DNA of 20,377 bases from Gemmatimonadota bacterium (GTDB lineage: Bacteria; Gemmatimonadota; Gemmatimonadetes; Gemmatimonadales; GWC2-71-9): assembly GCA_039586365.1 (NCBI GenBank), contig JBDHKN010000081.1, positions 1 to 20,377 on the forward strand, read 5' to 3'. The notes below the pieces were generated by a model. It did not search any database, was not told where the DNA came from, and was given only the letters and a program-made list of their open reading frames with translations. Below are positions 8,828-16,610 of this stretch, piece after piece (the stretch's first letter is position 1; every line of letters begins with the position of its first letter). The position numbers were made by a program, and so were the translations under genes.

Positions 8828-9055
8828 ATGTCAGCAGCAAATGGTCGGGACGCGGTATTGGCGACGTTGCAGACCACCAATCGCGTGACGGCGTTCCTGG
8901 TGCAGAACCTACCGGACGCGATTTGGCACCACGCGATTCCTGGGGCGTCGCAGCGTACTGTGCAAATGCTTGGGCGCCACTCGCCAGATCCGTTGGACTA
9001 CCTGGCAGAGAATTATCGCTATGGGACTAGTTTTCTCGGCACGGCTAGTAGATGA
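8828..9055 (+). pseudogene. Probable truncated DinB/YfiT-like gene fused to an unrelated tail
   Basis: First ~51 aa (TNRVTAFLVQNLPDAIWHHAIPGASQRTVQMLGRH) fit the DinB first helix, loop and first His; the rest of the ~160-aa fold is absent. Stop overlaps the next ATG (ATGA). Confidence 0.55.
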
Positions 9056-9492
9056 CCGAACGCAATCCAGCAACGTCAGACCAACTCGATGCGGCACAAC
9101 GCGCGGCCATTGCGGAGGCGGTGAAGCAGGCGGCATGGCAACACCTGACGGCCCCGAATGCCGCTGCAGCTCTCAGCCACTACGAACCGGATGCCGTCGT
9201 GCCGAGCGACGGCCGGTTGTATCCTTCCTTCGAGCTGTTTGCCGCCGACGCTCGAGACTTCTATGACACATTGCAGCGGGTTGACCTGGCCGTATGGGAA
9301 GAGATGCACGTCCAGGTTCTCAGTCACGATGTTGCGGTGCTTACCGCCACCGTGCGATGGTCGTGGACCGATACGGCCGGTGCACGCACAGACCTAAAGG
9401 GTGTCTGGAAGGCAGTTTACGTTCAGCAGGAAGGTCGCTGGCTAATCCGTACACGACACGAATCGTTTGAGCGTGTAATGGATCACCAATGA
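9052..9492 (+). CDS. NTF2-like / SnoaL-like (DUF4440-type) protein
   Basis: HYEPDAV, VQVLSHDVAVLTA, WKAVYVQQEGRWLIRTRHES typical of the NTF2 fold. Confidence 0.88.
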   Translation: MTERNPATSDQLDAAQRAAIAEAVKQAAWQHLTAPNAAAALSHYEPDAVVPSDGRLYPSFELFAADARDFYDTLQRVDLAVWEEMHVQVLSHDVAVLTATVRWSWTDTAGARTDLKGVWKAVYVQQEGRWLIRTRHESFERVMDHQ

Positions 9493-9606
9493 GTCGTAGC
9501 GATCCCGATCGCCTGCGGACCCACGCCTCGGCGAGCCAGCGTACTGCAAGCCACCGCGAGGCGGTGGTGAAGCAGTGACGGTTTGCCGCGCAGCGAGGTG
9601 CGTTCC

Positions 9607-10527
9607 ATGAATCCTGAACTACACGCAGTAACGGGAGCCTATGGCTATTCGGGACGCTACATAGCACAGCGCCTGCTGGATGCGGGACACCAAGTGATCA
9701 CTCTCACCAACTCGAGCCCACGACCGGATCTGTTTGCGGGGCGAGTTCGCACCTTCCCGCTGAGCTTCGGAGACCCCGCTCAGCTCACGCAGTCCTTGCA
9801 GGGTGTGGCAGTGCTATACAACACCTACTGGGTCCGGTTCAACCATCGCTTGTTCACGCATGAGGAGGCGGTGCGGAACACGAGGACCCTGTTCAAGGCT
9901 GCGAAGGATGCAGGAGTGCGTCGCATAGTGCACGTCAGCATCACCAACCCCTCGCTGGACTCAGAGCTGCCCTACTTTCGTGGCAAAGCCGAGCTCGAGA
10001 GCGCGCTCAAGGAATCCGGCATGTCGTACGCGATCCTCCGCCCCACGGTGCTGTTCGGCAAGGAAGACATTCTGATCAACAACATTGCGTGGCTGCTGCG
10101 GAAGTTCCCCGTGTTTGCGCTGTTCGGTGACGGCCACTACCGCCTGCAACCGATCTATGTTGAGGATCTCGCCAAACTCGCCGTCAATGAAGGTGCGCGG
10201 GACCAGAATGCGACGATCGATGCTGTAGGGCCGGAGACATTCACGTATCGAGAGTTGGTGACCGAGATCGGCAACATAATTGGGCACTCACGGCCACTCG
10301 TATCGCTTCGTCCCTCGTTGGCCTACTACTTGGGATTCGCAGTGGGCAAGGTATTGGGTGATGTGGTGATCACCCGCGACGAAATCCGGGGGCTGATGGA
10401 TGGGTTGCTGTATGTGGAGTCTCAGCCGTTGGGGGAGACCGCTCTCACCGAGTGGGCCACTCGACACCACTCGGTTCTCGGGATGCGTTACACGAGCGAG
10501 CTAGCTCGGCGCAGGCCGTCCGCTTGA
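9607..10527 (+). CDS. NAD(P)H-binding epimerase/dehydratase, NDUFA9-like atypical SDR
   Basis: AVTGAYGYSG Rossmann motif, YFRGKAELE (YxxxK), ILRPTVLFG, LQPIYVEDLA; GAGG SD before ATG 9607. Confidence 0.93.
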   Translation: MNPELHAVTGAYGYSGRYIAQRLLDAGHQVITLTNSSPRPDLFAGRVRTFPLSFGDPAQLTQSLQGVAVLYNTYWVRFNHRLFTHEEAVRNTRTLFKAAKDAGVRRIVHVSITNPSLDSELPYFRGKAELESALKESGMSYAILRPTVLFGKEDILINNIAWLLRKFPVFALFGDGHYRLQPIYVEDLAKLAVNEGARDQNATIDAVGPETFTYRELVTEIGNIIGHSRPLVSLRPSLAYYLGFAVGKVLGDVVITRDEIRGLMDGLLYVESQPLGETALTEWATRHHSVLGMRYTSELARRRPSA

Positions 10528-10538
10528 GAGTGGAGACG

Positions 10539-10847
10539 CTATCGCTGCTGGCCAGCGCGCTGCAACACTTCGTCTTCCAGCCGACCACCTAGCCGTTCTT
10601 TCTCGACCTCGAGATCGAATCGCGTTTGAAGATTCAGCCAGAACCGCTCCGAGGTACCGAAGTAGCGTGCCAGCCGTAGCGCTGTATCGGCAGTTATCCC
10701 CCTGACTCCGTGTACGATCTCATTGATTCGACGCGGCGGCACACTGATGTCCTTGGCTAGTCGATACTGACTGATTCCCGTCGGCTCCAGAAACTCCTCG
10801 AGCAGGATCTCGCCGGGATGCACTGGTGAGAGCTTCTTGGACGCCAT
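10539..10847 (-). CDS. higA: HigA/VapI-type antitoxin (HTH-XRE)
   Basis: PVHPGEILLEEFL, RRINEIVHG.RGITADTALRLARYFGTSERFWLNLQ. Confidence 0.96.
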   Translation of the reverse strand: MASKKLSPVHPGEILLEEFLEPTGISQYRLAKDISVPPRRINEIVHGVRGITADTALRLARYFGTSERFWLNLQTRFDLEVEKERLGGRLEDEVLQRAGQQR

Positions 10848-10855
10848 GCTGTCTC

Positions 10856-11137
10856 CTAGTGATAGTCTGCCATCTCAACGTCATACGCATCGCCGTTGCG
10901 CCAGCGGAAACAGATACACCATTGATCGTTGATGCGAATGCTGTACTGTCCAGCTCGATCCCCTTTCAGCTTCTCGAGGCGATTGCCCGGTGTCACCCGG
11001 AGGTCTGTCAATCGGTCGGCTGCATCTAGTATCAAGAGCTTCCGCAACGCAATCCGGTGAAGCTTCGCTGGGACCCGTGGGATCCGCTCCCGGTGAAACA
11101 GCCGTTCAGTATCGCGGACCCCGAAGCTCTTGATCAT
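10856..11137 (-). CDS. higB: HigB (RelE/ParE superfamily) toxin
   Basis: MIKSF, PGNRLEKLKGDRAGQYSIRINDQW, terminal DYH; toxin-first order, 8 bp before higA. Confidence 0.96.
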   Translation of the reverse strand: MIKSFGVRDTERLFHRERIPRVPAKLHRIALRKLLILDAADRLTDLRVTPGNRLEKLKGDRAGQYSIRINDQWCICFRWRNGDAYDVEMADYH

Positions 11138-11144
11138 GTGGTCA

Positions 11145-11179
11145 ATAATAACGTATGTCGTTATTAACGTAAACCGTTA
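11145..11179 (-). promoter_or_regulatory. higBA sigma70 promoter with two overlapping palindromic operators; probably leaderless
   Basis: TTTACG (11173-11168)-17 nt-TATTAT (11150-11145)-7 nt-ATG; TAATAACG-N5-CGTTATTA (11146-11166) and TAACG-N5-CGTTA (11165-11179). Confidence 0.85.
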
Positions 11180-11238
11180 TCGGTAATGGGACGGAACTGT
11201 CAGTGACTAATCTTCTCGGGTCAGCGGCAGCCGACCCA

Positions 11239-11254
11239 TGTGACCGGCGTCACA
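11239..11254. promoter_or_regulatory. CRP/FNR-family consensus box
   Basis: Exact TGTGA-CCGGCG-TCACA in the divergent intergenic region. Confidence 0.65.
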
Positions 11255-11369
11255 CCCGTCACGTTGTATGGATCATAGTGAACCACCTCCCAGAGACTTA
11301 GTATTGGGCTCAGAGTCCGGCCTGGGCCGGTGTACCCATCATCTGCCACGCCAGCTGGAGGAAGCACCC

Positions 11370-12185
11370 ATGATTAGTTACCGCCGTCGGTTTGTCTCGA
11401 GCCTCTGCATCGCTGCCGTGCTGATGCTCGGCTGCGACGATGCAACTGCTCCGGGAGATGATCCACCTGAGGTTCCACCACTCAACAGTCTCGTCATTGA
11501 CTTTGCGGACTTCACGTCGAATCCACTCAACGTCGCCGCGGTTGAAGCCGCCCCGGCGGCGGGGCTGAATTGGGGCCGTGCAGCCCTTGTTGTTGGCGTA
11601 TGGAACGTTGCGCTCACGGTGACTCTGGCAGTACCGGTCGCCGCCTTTGTCGCGTCATTCACCCAGCAACCCACAGGCTCCGATGGGGCCTGGGTGTGGT
11701 CTTACAATTTCATGGTGCTGGGTGTGCAACACACCGCGCGGCTGGAGGCGAGTCCCGTGGCGGCAGGGATACGCTGGGAGATGTATATCTCCAAAGACGG
11801 TGAGTTCACGGACTTCCTCTGGTTCTCAGGTGAATCGAACCTGCAGGGAACCTCCGGAACCTGGTCACTCAACCTGAATCCGACCGACCCGACGTCGTTC
11901 ATAGACATTGAGTGGAACCAGACGGCGGGCCGAGAGACATTCGACACCCGCTTCACCAACGTCATACCGGGAGCGGCAGAGAACGGCGCGTACATCTTCC
12001 ATGGAGTCACGGAAGATCCGGACTACGATGCGTTCTTCCAGATATGGGGCCCAGTGAACGACAACCTGACCGAGATCGAGTGGAACCGGGCCACGAAGGC
12101 AGGGCGCACTCGGGACCCGCTTCACTTCGGTGATTCGGATTGGCGTTGCTGGGATTCGGCCCTCAACGACGCGGCCTGCCAATAG
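11370..12185 (+). CDS. Hypothetical lipoprotein (acidic, Trp-rich, beta-strand-rich)
   Basis: GGAGG SD before ATG 11370; MISYRRRF..LMLGC lipobox; terminal CWD-x7-C. Confidence 0.85.
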   Translation: MISYRRRFVSSLCIAAVLMLGCDDATAPGDDPPEVPPLNSLVIDFADFTSNPLNVAAVEAAPAAGLNWGRAALVVGVWNVALTVTLAVPVAAFVASFTQQPTGSDGAWVWSYNFMVLGVQHTARLEASPVAAGIRWEMYISKDGEFTDFLWFSGESNLQGTSGTWSLNLNPTDPTSFIDIEWNQTAGRETFDTRFTNVIPGAAENGAYIFHGVTEDPDYDAFFQIWGPVNDNLTEIEWNRATKAGRTRDPLHFGDSDWRCWDSALNDAACQ

Positions 12186-12209
12186 GCAGCGCTATTGATG
12201 GCATGAGGC

Positions 12210-12243
12210 AAGGCCCGGATGCCGCTGCCCGCAGCCGGGCCTT
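12210..12243 (+). terminator. Probable intrinsic terminator hairpin
   Basis: AAGGCCCGG(A)TGC...GCA(G)CCGGGCCTT followed by ATT, 24 bp after the stop codon. Confidence 0.6.
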
Positions 12244-12373
12244 ATTGCAGGTTGCAGCAGGATCATCGTGGACCGGCCCAGGTCTGCAGGCCGTGGAACG
12301 ACGGGGGATACACAGTGGCAGCAGCCTCGCCCGGCCCAGGATGGTCAGGGAACCGAGCGGAGGCTGCAACCGT

Positions 12374-12399
12374 CCAGCGGCGGCGACTCACGCCGCTGG
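12374..12399 (-). terminator. Hairpin just downstream of the outer-membrane barrel gene
   Basis: CCAGCGGCG-8 nt-CGCCGCTGG perfect 9-bp stem; no U tract. Confidence 0.45.
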
Positions 12400-12406
12400 C
12401 CTGCGG

Positions 12407-12919
12407 TTAGTGGCTGAGGATGCTGATGCCAGCCATGAAGTTGAAGACGTTGAATTCCTCAGCCGGTTGACCCCATGTTGCACCCACGTTGAAGATCCAG
12501 AGATCGGCGAACTCGTAGCCGAAACCGGCTGCGACGCCGAAACCGGTCTCGGTACTCGATTCACCGTCCGCGAAGGTCATCCACGTCGATAGGCCAATGC
12601 CACCGTTGATTGAGAATCCGGGAGCGGAAGGAAGCTCGTAGGTAACACCAAGCCCACCAACGCCAGTGGAGACGAAATCCACGAACTCGCCACCGAAGAA
12701 ATTGGCCCGGTTCATGTAGTACACCTGCACAGATTCACCCACCTTCGCTCCGATCTTGAAATCGGTAGCGAGACCCACCTTGGTGTCGGGATCTCCCGTA
12801 GTGACTCCGGGTCCCAACCCGAACCCGATGATGAATCCCTGCCGCTGGGCCGCTGCCTCGTGCACGACCGTGAGTGTCAGGCCGAGTACCAAACCAATGA
12901 GAATGCTGCGGCGGAACAT
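12407..12919 (-). CDS. Small outer-membrane beta-barrel protein (about 8 strands)
   Basis: Signal ending AAA-Q; alternating Gly/hydrophobic strands (GFIIGFGLG, GGLGVTYEL, GFGVAAGFGYEF); GGAGG SD. Confidence 0.85.
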   Translation of the reverse strand: MFRRSILIGLVLGLTLTVVHEAAAQRQGFIIGFGLGPGVTTGDPDTKVGLATDFKIGAKVGESVQVYYMNRANFFGGEFVDFVSTGVGGLGVTYELPSAPGFSINGGIGLSTWMTFADGESSTETGFGVAAGFGYEFADLWIFNVGATWGQPAEEFNVFNFMAGISILSH

Positions 12920-13863
12920 TTGTGCGTACCTCCCTCAGGCAAGTTGGTAGTGGGCAGTCGCTGGAGCGATCGGTTGCCCCAGTTTCAAGGACCGATCAGG
13001 AGAGGTCACTTGCGCCCCAAAAGAGACGACAGCACAGATGGCCCAAATATCTGAAATTCCGCCGAAACATCAATCCATAGCATTACCATCATCTTCAGTT
13101 GCTTCTGTGTGTAGCTGGAGAGAAGAGCAGATTGCCGCCGTCTACCTGGACGCTCCATCATCGAAGCCATCATCCTGCTGCTTTGACCGCGACTATCGAT
13201 ACTCTAGGGCCTTTCCGGTGCGAGAATGAGACATTCATCAGCATCTAACGCGCGACTCGTTTGTCCAACAGTCCGTCCGACTTGCGACAGCCTTTCGCAG
13301 AGCGACGCTGTCCCATCTGCGGTCCAATGAACAAATGATGGGGCAGCAAGCGATGCCTACGGCCTGTCCCATCACACTCCGTGCTCTCGCTTGCATCTTG
13401 ACTGCAGGCTGAATCTCACCAATAGTGGGATTACTTCACCACTGGCGTGCAGTGGCCATGCAATGTGGCCGCACTCTCAGAGCCAGGGCTCCAATTTTTT
13501 GGAGCCCTTTCCTTTAACCGCCCTTGGACCCGCTGTCCTCTGACCGGTGCGCCGCTGAAAACTGCCGCAGGTACTCGCACTCACCCTCGAGCCACCATTT
13601 TGCATCATCTATTAGCCCGGACACCATCAACTCAACACCAAGTTCGCTGGGGTTTTCGGTTCCAGCGAAGCGAACCCAATTCCAGAGCAGACAGGCGAGA
13701 ATCGACATATGAAAGTCGTAGCAGCGCTCTGGCGCACAGAGCGAAGGACCGGCATAGTAGGGTGGGTTCCGAGTGCTGGGCGCGTGACGGCGGTTGATCG
13801 CTATCCCTGGCGGACCGAACCGGTGCCATCCGGGTATTCCATGGATGTAGCCCAGGTGGACGA

Positions 13864-16425
13864 GTGAACTTGCCGCGACGTTCCCTCCGAGTGGCCTGGC
13901 GTCAGCTCGGCCTCGCTTGTGGCGTGCTTCTCGCCGCTCACGCCAGACCCTCTCCTGTAGCCGCTCAAGCCGTGACCGGCCGCATAGTCGACGCCACCTC
14001 GGGAATGCCGGTCGGGATCGGGTTCGTCGTACTCATCGATGAAGGTGGCAATGAAGTAGCGCGCGCCTTGAGCGCGCGGGATGGTCGCTTCAGCCTGCGG
14101 GCGCCTGGCGCGGGAACCTATCGTCTCCGGTCGGAGCGCATCGGCTATCGCGCGACCGTTTCGCAGCCGCTCGAGATTCCCCCGCAGGCGACCGTCAGCC
14201 ACACGCTCCGGGTGACCGCGATACCCATCGTACTCTCCGCTGTCGAAGTACCGGGGGAGGATCGCTGTCGGATCAGTCCCGACCGGGCAGCCGAAACGGG
14301 TGTGGTGTGGGAGGAGATCCGCAAAGCTCTTGCCGCTACAGCGTGGGATGGCACCCAGGAACTGGCCCGCTACCGCACCTACAACTTCGAGCGCACGCGG
14401 AATCCCAACCGTCGGTCGATCACCGGTGAACGGGGACGAGTCCTAGCGGGTGTAGCTCGCCAGCCTTACCACAGTCGTCCTGCCGAGCTGTTGGCTCGGC
14501 AGGGCTACGTGGTGGAATTCCGGGACTCGACTTCGTATGACCTACCGGACCCCGGAGTCCTGATGCACGACAGCTTCCTCGCATCGCACTGCTTCCGCGT
14601 GGTGCGTGATCCCGCTGGTAGACCGGGGCAAGTCGGCTTGGCCTTCGAGTCTACGTCAGGGCGAAGCGTTGCGGACGTGACTGGCGCCCTCTGGCTCGAC
14701 GAGGAGACCTCACAACTCACCACTCTCGAGGTGGGCTACACCCAACTCCCTCACGGGTTGGAGGATGAGCGCGTAGGCGGCACCATAGAGTTCCTCATGC
14801 TCCCGTCGGGGGCCTGGATCGTGTCACGCTGGGAGTTGCGCACTCCGATGATCCGGTTGGGCCCGTCGGCCAATCCGTTCGACCGCGGACCGCGGCAGGT
14901 GGCGACGATTCGCGGCTTTCGCGACTTTGGCGGGGAGGTGCTGGAGATCACGACGCGGGAGGGGGACAAGATCCTGCCGGCAACCCTGGCACACGTGACC
15001 GGCACGGTGTACGACAGCAGCAAGGCGGCTCCCTTGCGGGGGGCGTTCTTGTCTGTCCTCGGGACGGACTTCTCTGCTATTAGCGATCGTGCAGGACGGT
15101 ACGAATTGGCGGTGCCGTTGGAAGGAGACTACTTGGTCACGCTGAACCATCCCTGGCTCGATTCGATCGCAGTGCCAGAGCTGGAACAACGCCTGCGTTT
15201 CCATCGGGATACGACTCAACTTGTCGACTTTGCGATTCCGCACGTTGCCGGCGCCGTGCACCGGATCTGCGGCGGACGTGACCCTCATCCACTCGGTCGG
15301 GTGATCGTTGGCGTAGTACGACGGGAGGGCTCCGCCAGTCCGGTCACGGGAGCGACCGTGACCGCCCGCTGGCAGTCGATCGCGGGCTCGAGCCAGGGCT
15401 ACATAGTGAATCACCTGAGGGAACAGGTCCGGACCGACGACGCGGGCTTCTTCGCTGTGTGCGACGTGCCCGCCGGCAGATCCGTGACGCTGCACGCTGC
15501 CAAAAGTGGCGCGGCCAGCCGCGAGGCGAGTGTGCTATTCCCGTACCTAGGGGGAGAGAACCTGCTCATGGCTTGGGACAGACGACCCGGCCAGCCGTAT
15601 GAATATCAATACCCAGCACCGAAGCATGTGTGGAAGCTCGACCTCACCGTAGGGCCGGAGCGTAGCTCGGGCGTGGCGGCGGTGCCGCTGCCCTGTTCCA
15701 GCCTGTCCGGCATCGTGGTGGACAACTCCACGGGGCAGCCGATCGGCAACGCGCTGATTCATCTGAACGGTAGAGACAGCACGGTGAGCCGCGACGACGG
15801 TACCTTCGCCATCCTTGACGCCGCATGGCTTCCGGAAGCCAACGCAGTGGCCGTGCGGCGGCTGGGCTATCAGCCCTGGGTGCTCGAGATCGGCCTGCAC
15901 GAGGATCACCACCACGTGGAGTTGAGCATCGCGCTGGAACCGCAGGCGGTCGCCTTGGATCCGGTGGAGGTCACGGCGGAACTCATGGAGCAATACCTGA
16001 CCGACGTGGGATTCTACCGCAGGCAGCAGTTCAACCCTGGTGGTCACTTCATGGGCCGGGAGGAGATCGAGCAACGGCTGGGTCGAGTGAACTACGTGGA
16101 GGAGCTGCTGACAGGGGTGGTCGGCGTCCAGGTCGGTGACCCTGTGGCTGGTGGCGTTGGACACACCTTGAGATTCGCCCGCGGGAAGTTCTCGTTCAGG
16201 GATTGCTCTACTCCCCTCATCTTCGTTGATGGTATGCGGATAGAGATCACGCCCCACGGCGGGGCGCTTGCTGCCGTGTACAACACAACACTGTCAGAGG
16301 TAGTGAGGCCCGAGGAAGTCTATGCCATTGAAGTCTACCGCACGCCCTCCCAGATCCCAGTGCAGTACGGCGGCGCACAGAGCGCCTGTGGCGTGCTGTT
16401 GATCTGGACCAGGCGCGGGCGGTAG
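13864..16425 (+). CDS. Large secreted multi-domain protein: Cna-B, uncharacterised central domain, three more Cna-B domains, TonB plug; no barrel
   Basis: Signal VAA-Q; repeated (V/L)xGxV..G.(F/Y) Cna-B units; LDPVEVTA; PLIFVDG, RPEEVYAIEVYR, CGVLLIWTRRGR-stop. Confidence 0.88.
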   Translation: MNLPRRSLRVAWRQLGLACGVLLAAHARPSPVAAQAVTGRIVDATSGMPVGIGFVVLIDEGGNEVARALSARDGRFSLRAPGAGTYRLRSERIGYRATVSQPLEIPPQATVSHTLRVTAIPIVLSAVEVPGEDRCRISPDRAAETGVVWEEIRKALAATAWDGTQELARYRTYNFERTRNPNRRSITGERGRVLAGVARQPYHSRPAELLARQGYVVEFRDSTSYDLPDPGVLMHDSFLASHCFRVVRDPAGRPGQVGLAFESTSGRSVADVTGALWLDEETSQLTTLEVGYTQLPHGLEDERVGGTIEFLMLPSGAWIVSRWELRTPMIRLGPSANPFDRGPRQVATIRGFRDFGGEVLEITTREGDKILPATLAHVTGTVYDSSKAAPLRGAFLSVLGTDFSAISDRAGRYELAVPLEGDYLVTLNHPWLDSIAVPELEQRLRFHRDTTQLVDFAIPHVAGAVHRICGGRDPHPLGRVIVGVVRREGSASPVTGATVTARWQSIAGSSQGYIVNHLREQVRTDDAGFFAVCDVPAGRSVTLHAAKSGAASREASVLFPYLGGENLLMAWDRRPGQPYEYQYPAPKHVWKLDLTVGPERSSGVAAVPLPCSSLSGIVVDNSTGQPIGNALIHLNGRDSTVSRDDGTFAILDAAWLPEANAVAVRRLGYQPWVLEIGLHEDHHHVELSIALEPQAVALDPVEVTAELMEQYLTDVGFYRRQQFNPGGHFMGREEIEQRLGRVNYVEELLTGVVGVQVGDPVAGGVGHTLRFARGKFSFRDCSTPLIFVDGMRIEITPHGGALAAVYNTTLSEVVRPEEVYAIEVYRTPSQIPVQYGGAQSACGVLLIWTRRGR

Positions 16426-16610
16426 GGCGGCGGATTGACGCTGGAGGGAGGATCTACGCGGGTCGCTGAAACGGACGTATCAGTGACGGAAGAGTGAAGG
16501 CCCATTGACCTACACAAACGCCATCCTAGCTTCCGTCCTGCCAAGCGTCGTTTCCCGGCGGATCGGGCCGGCCCACTTCGGGTAGCAAAGGAAACTGTGC
16601 GAGCAAACGA

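Noticed and set aside
9489..9578. 29-aa ORF with a CCACCGC/GCGGTGG hairpin as a leader peptide or attenuator
   Set aside because: No regulatory codon run, no U tract and no alternative structure evident.
12407..12919. Small barrel as the trans partner of the plug proteins
   Set aside because: About 145 mature residues give roughly 8 strands, too narrow to hold a plug that normally needs a 22-strand barrel.
13038..13829. Short ORFs in the long intergenic region
   Set aside because: No recognisable motifs, SD sites or consistent codon bias.
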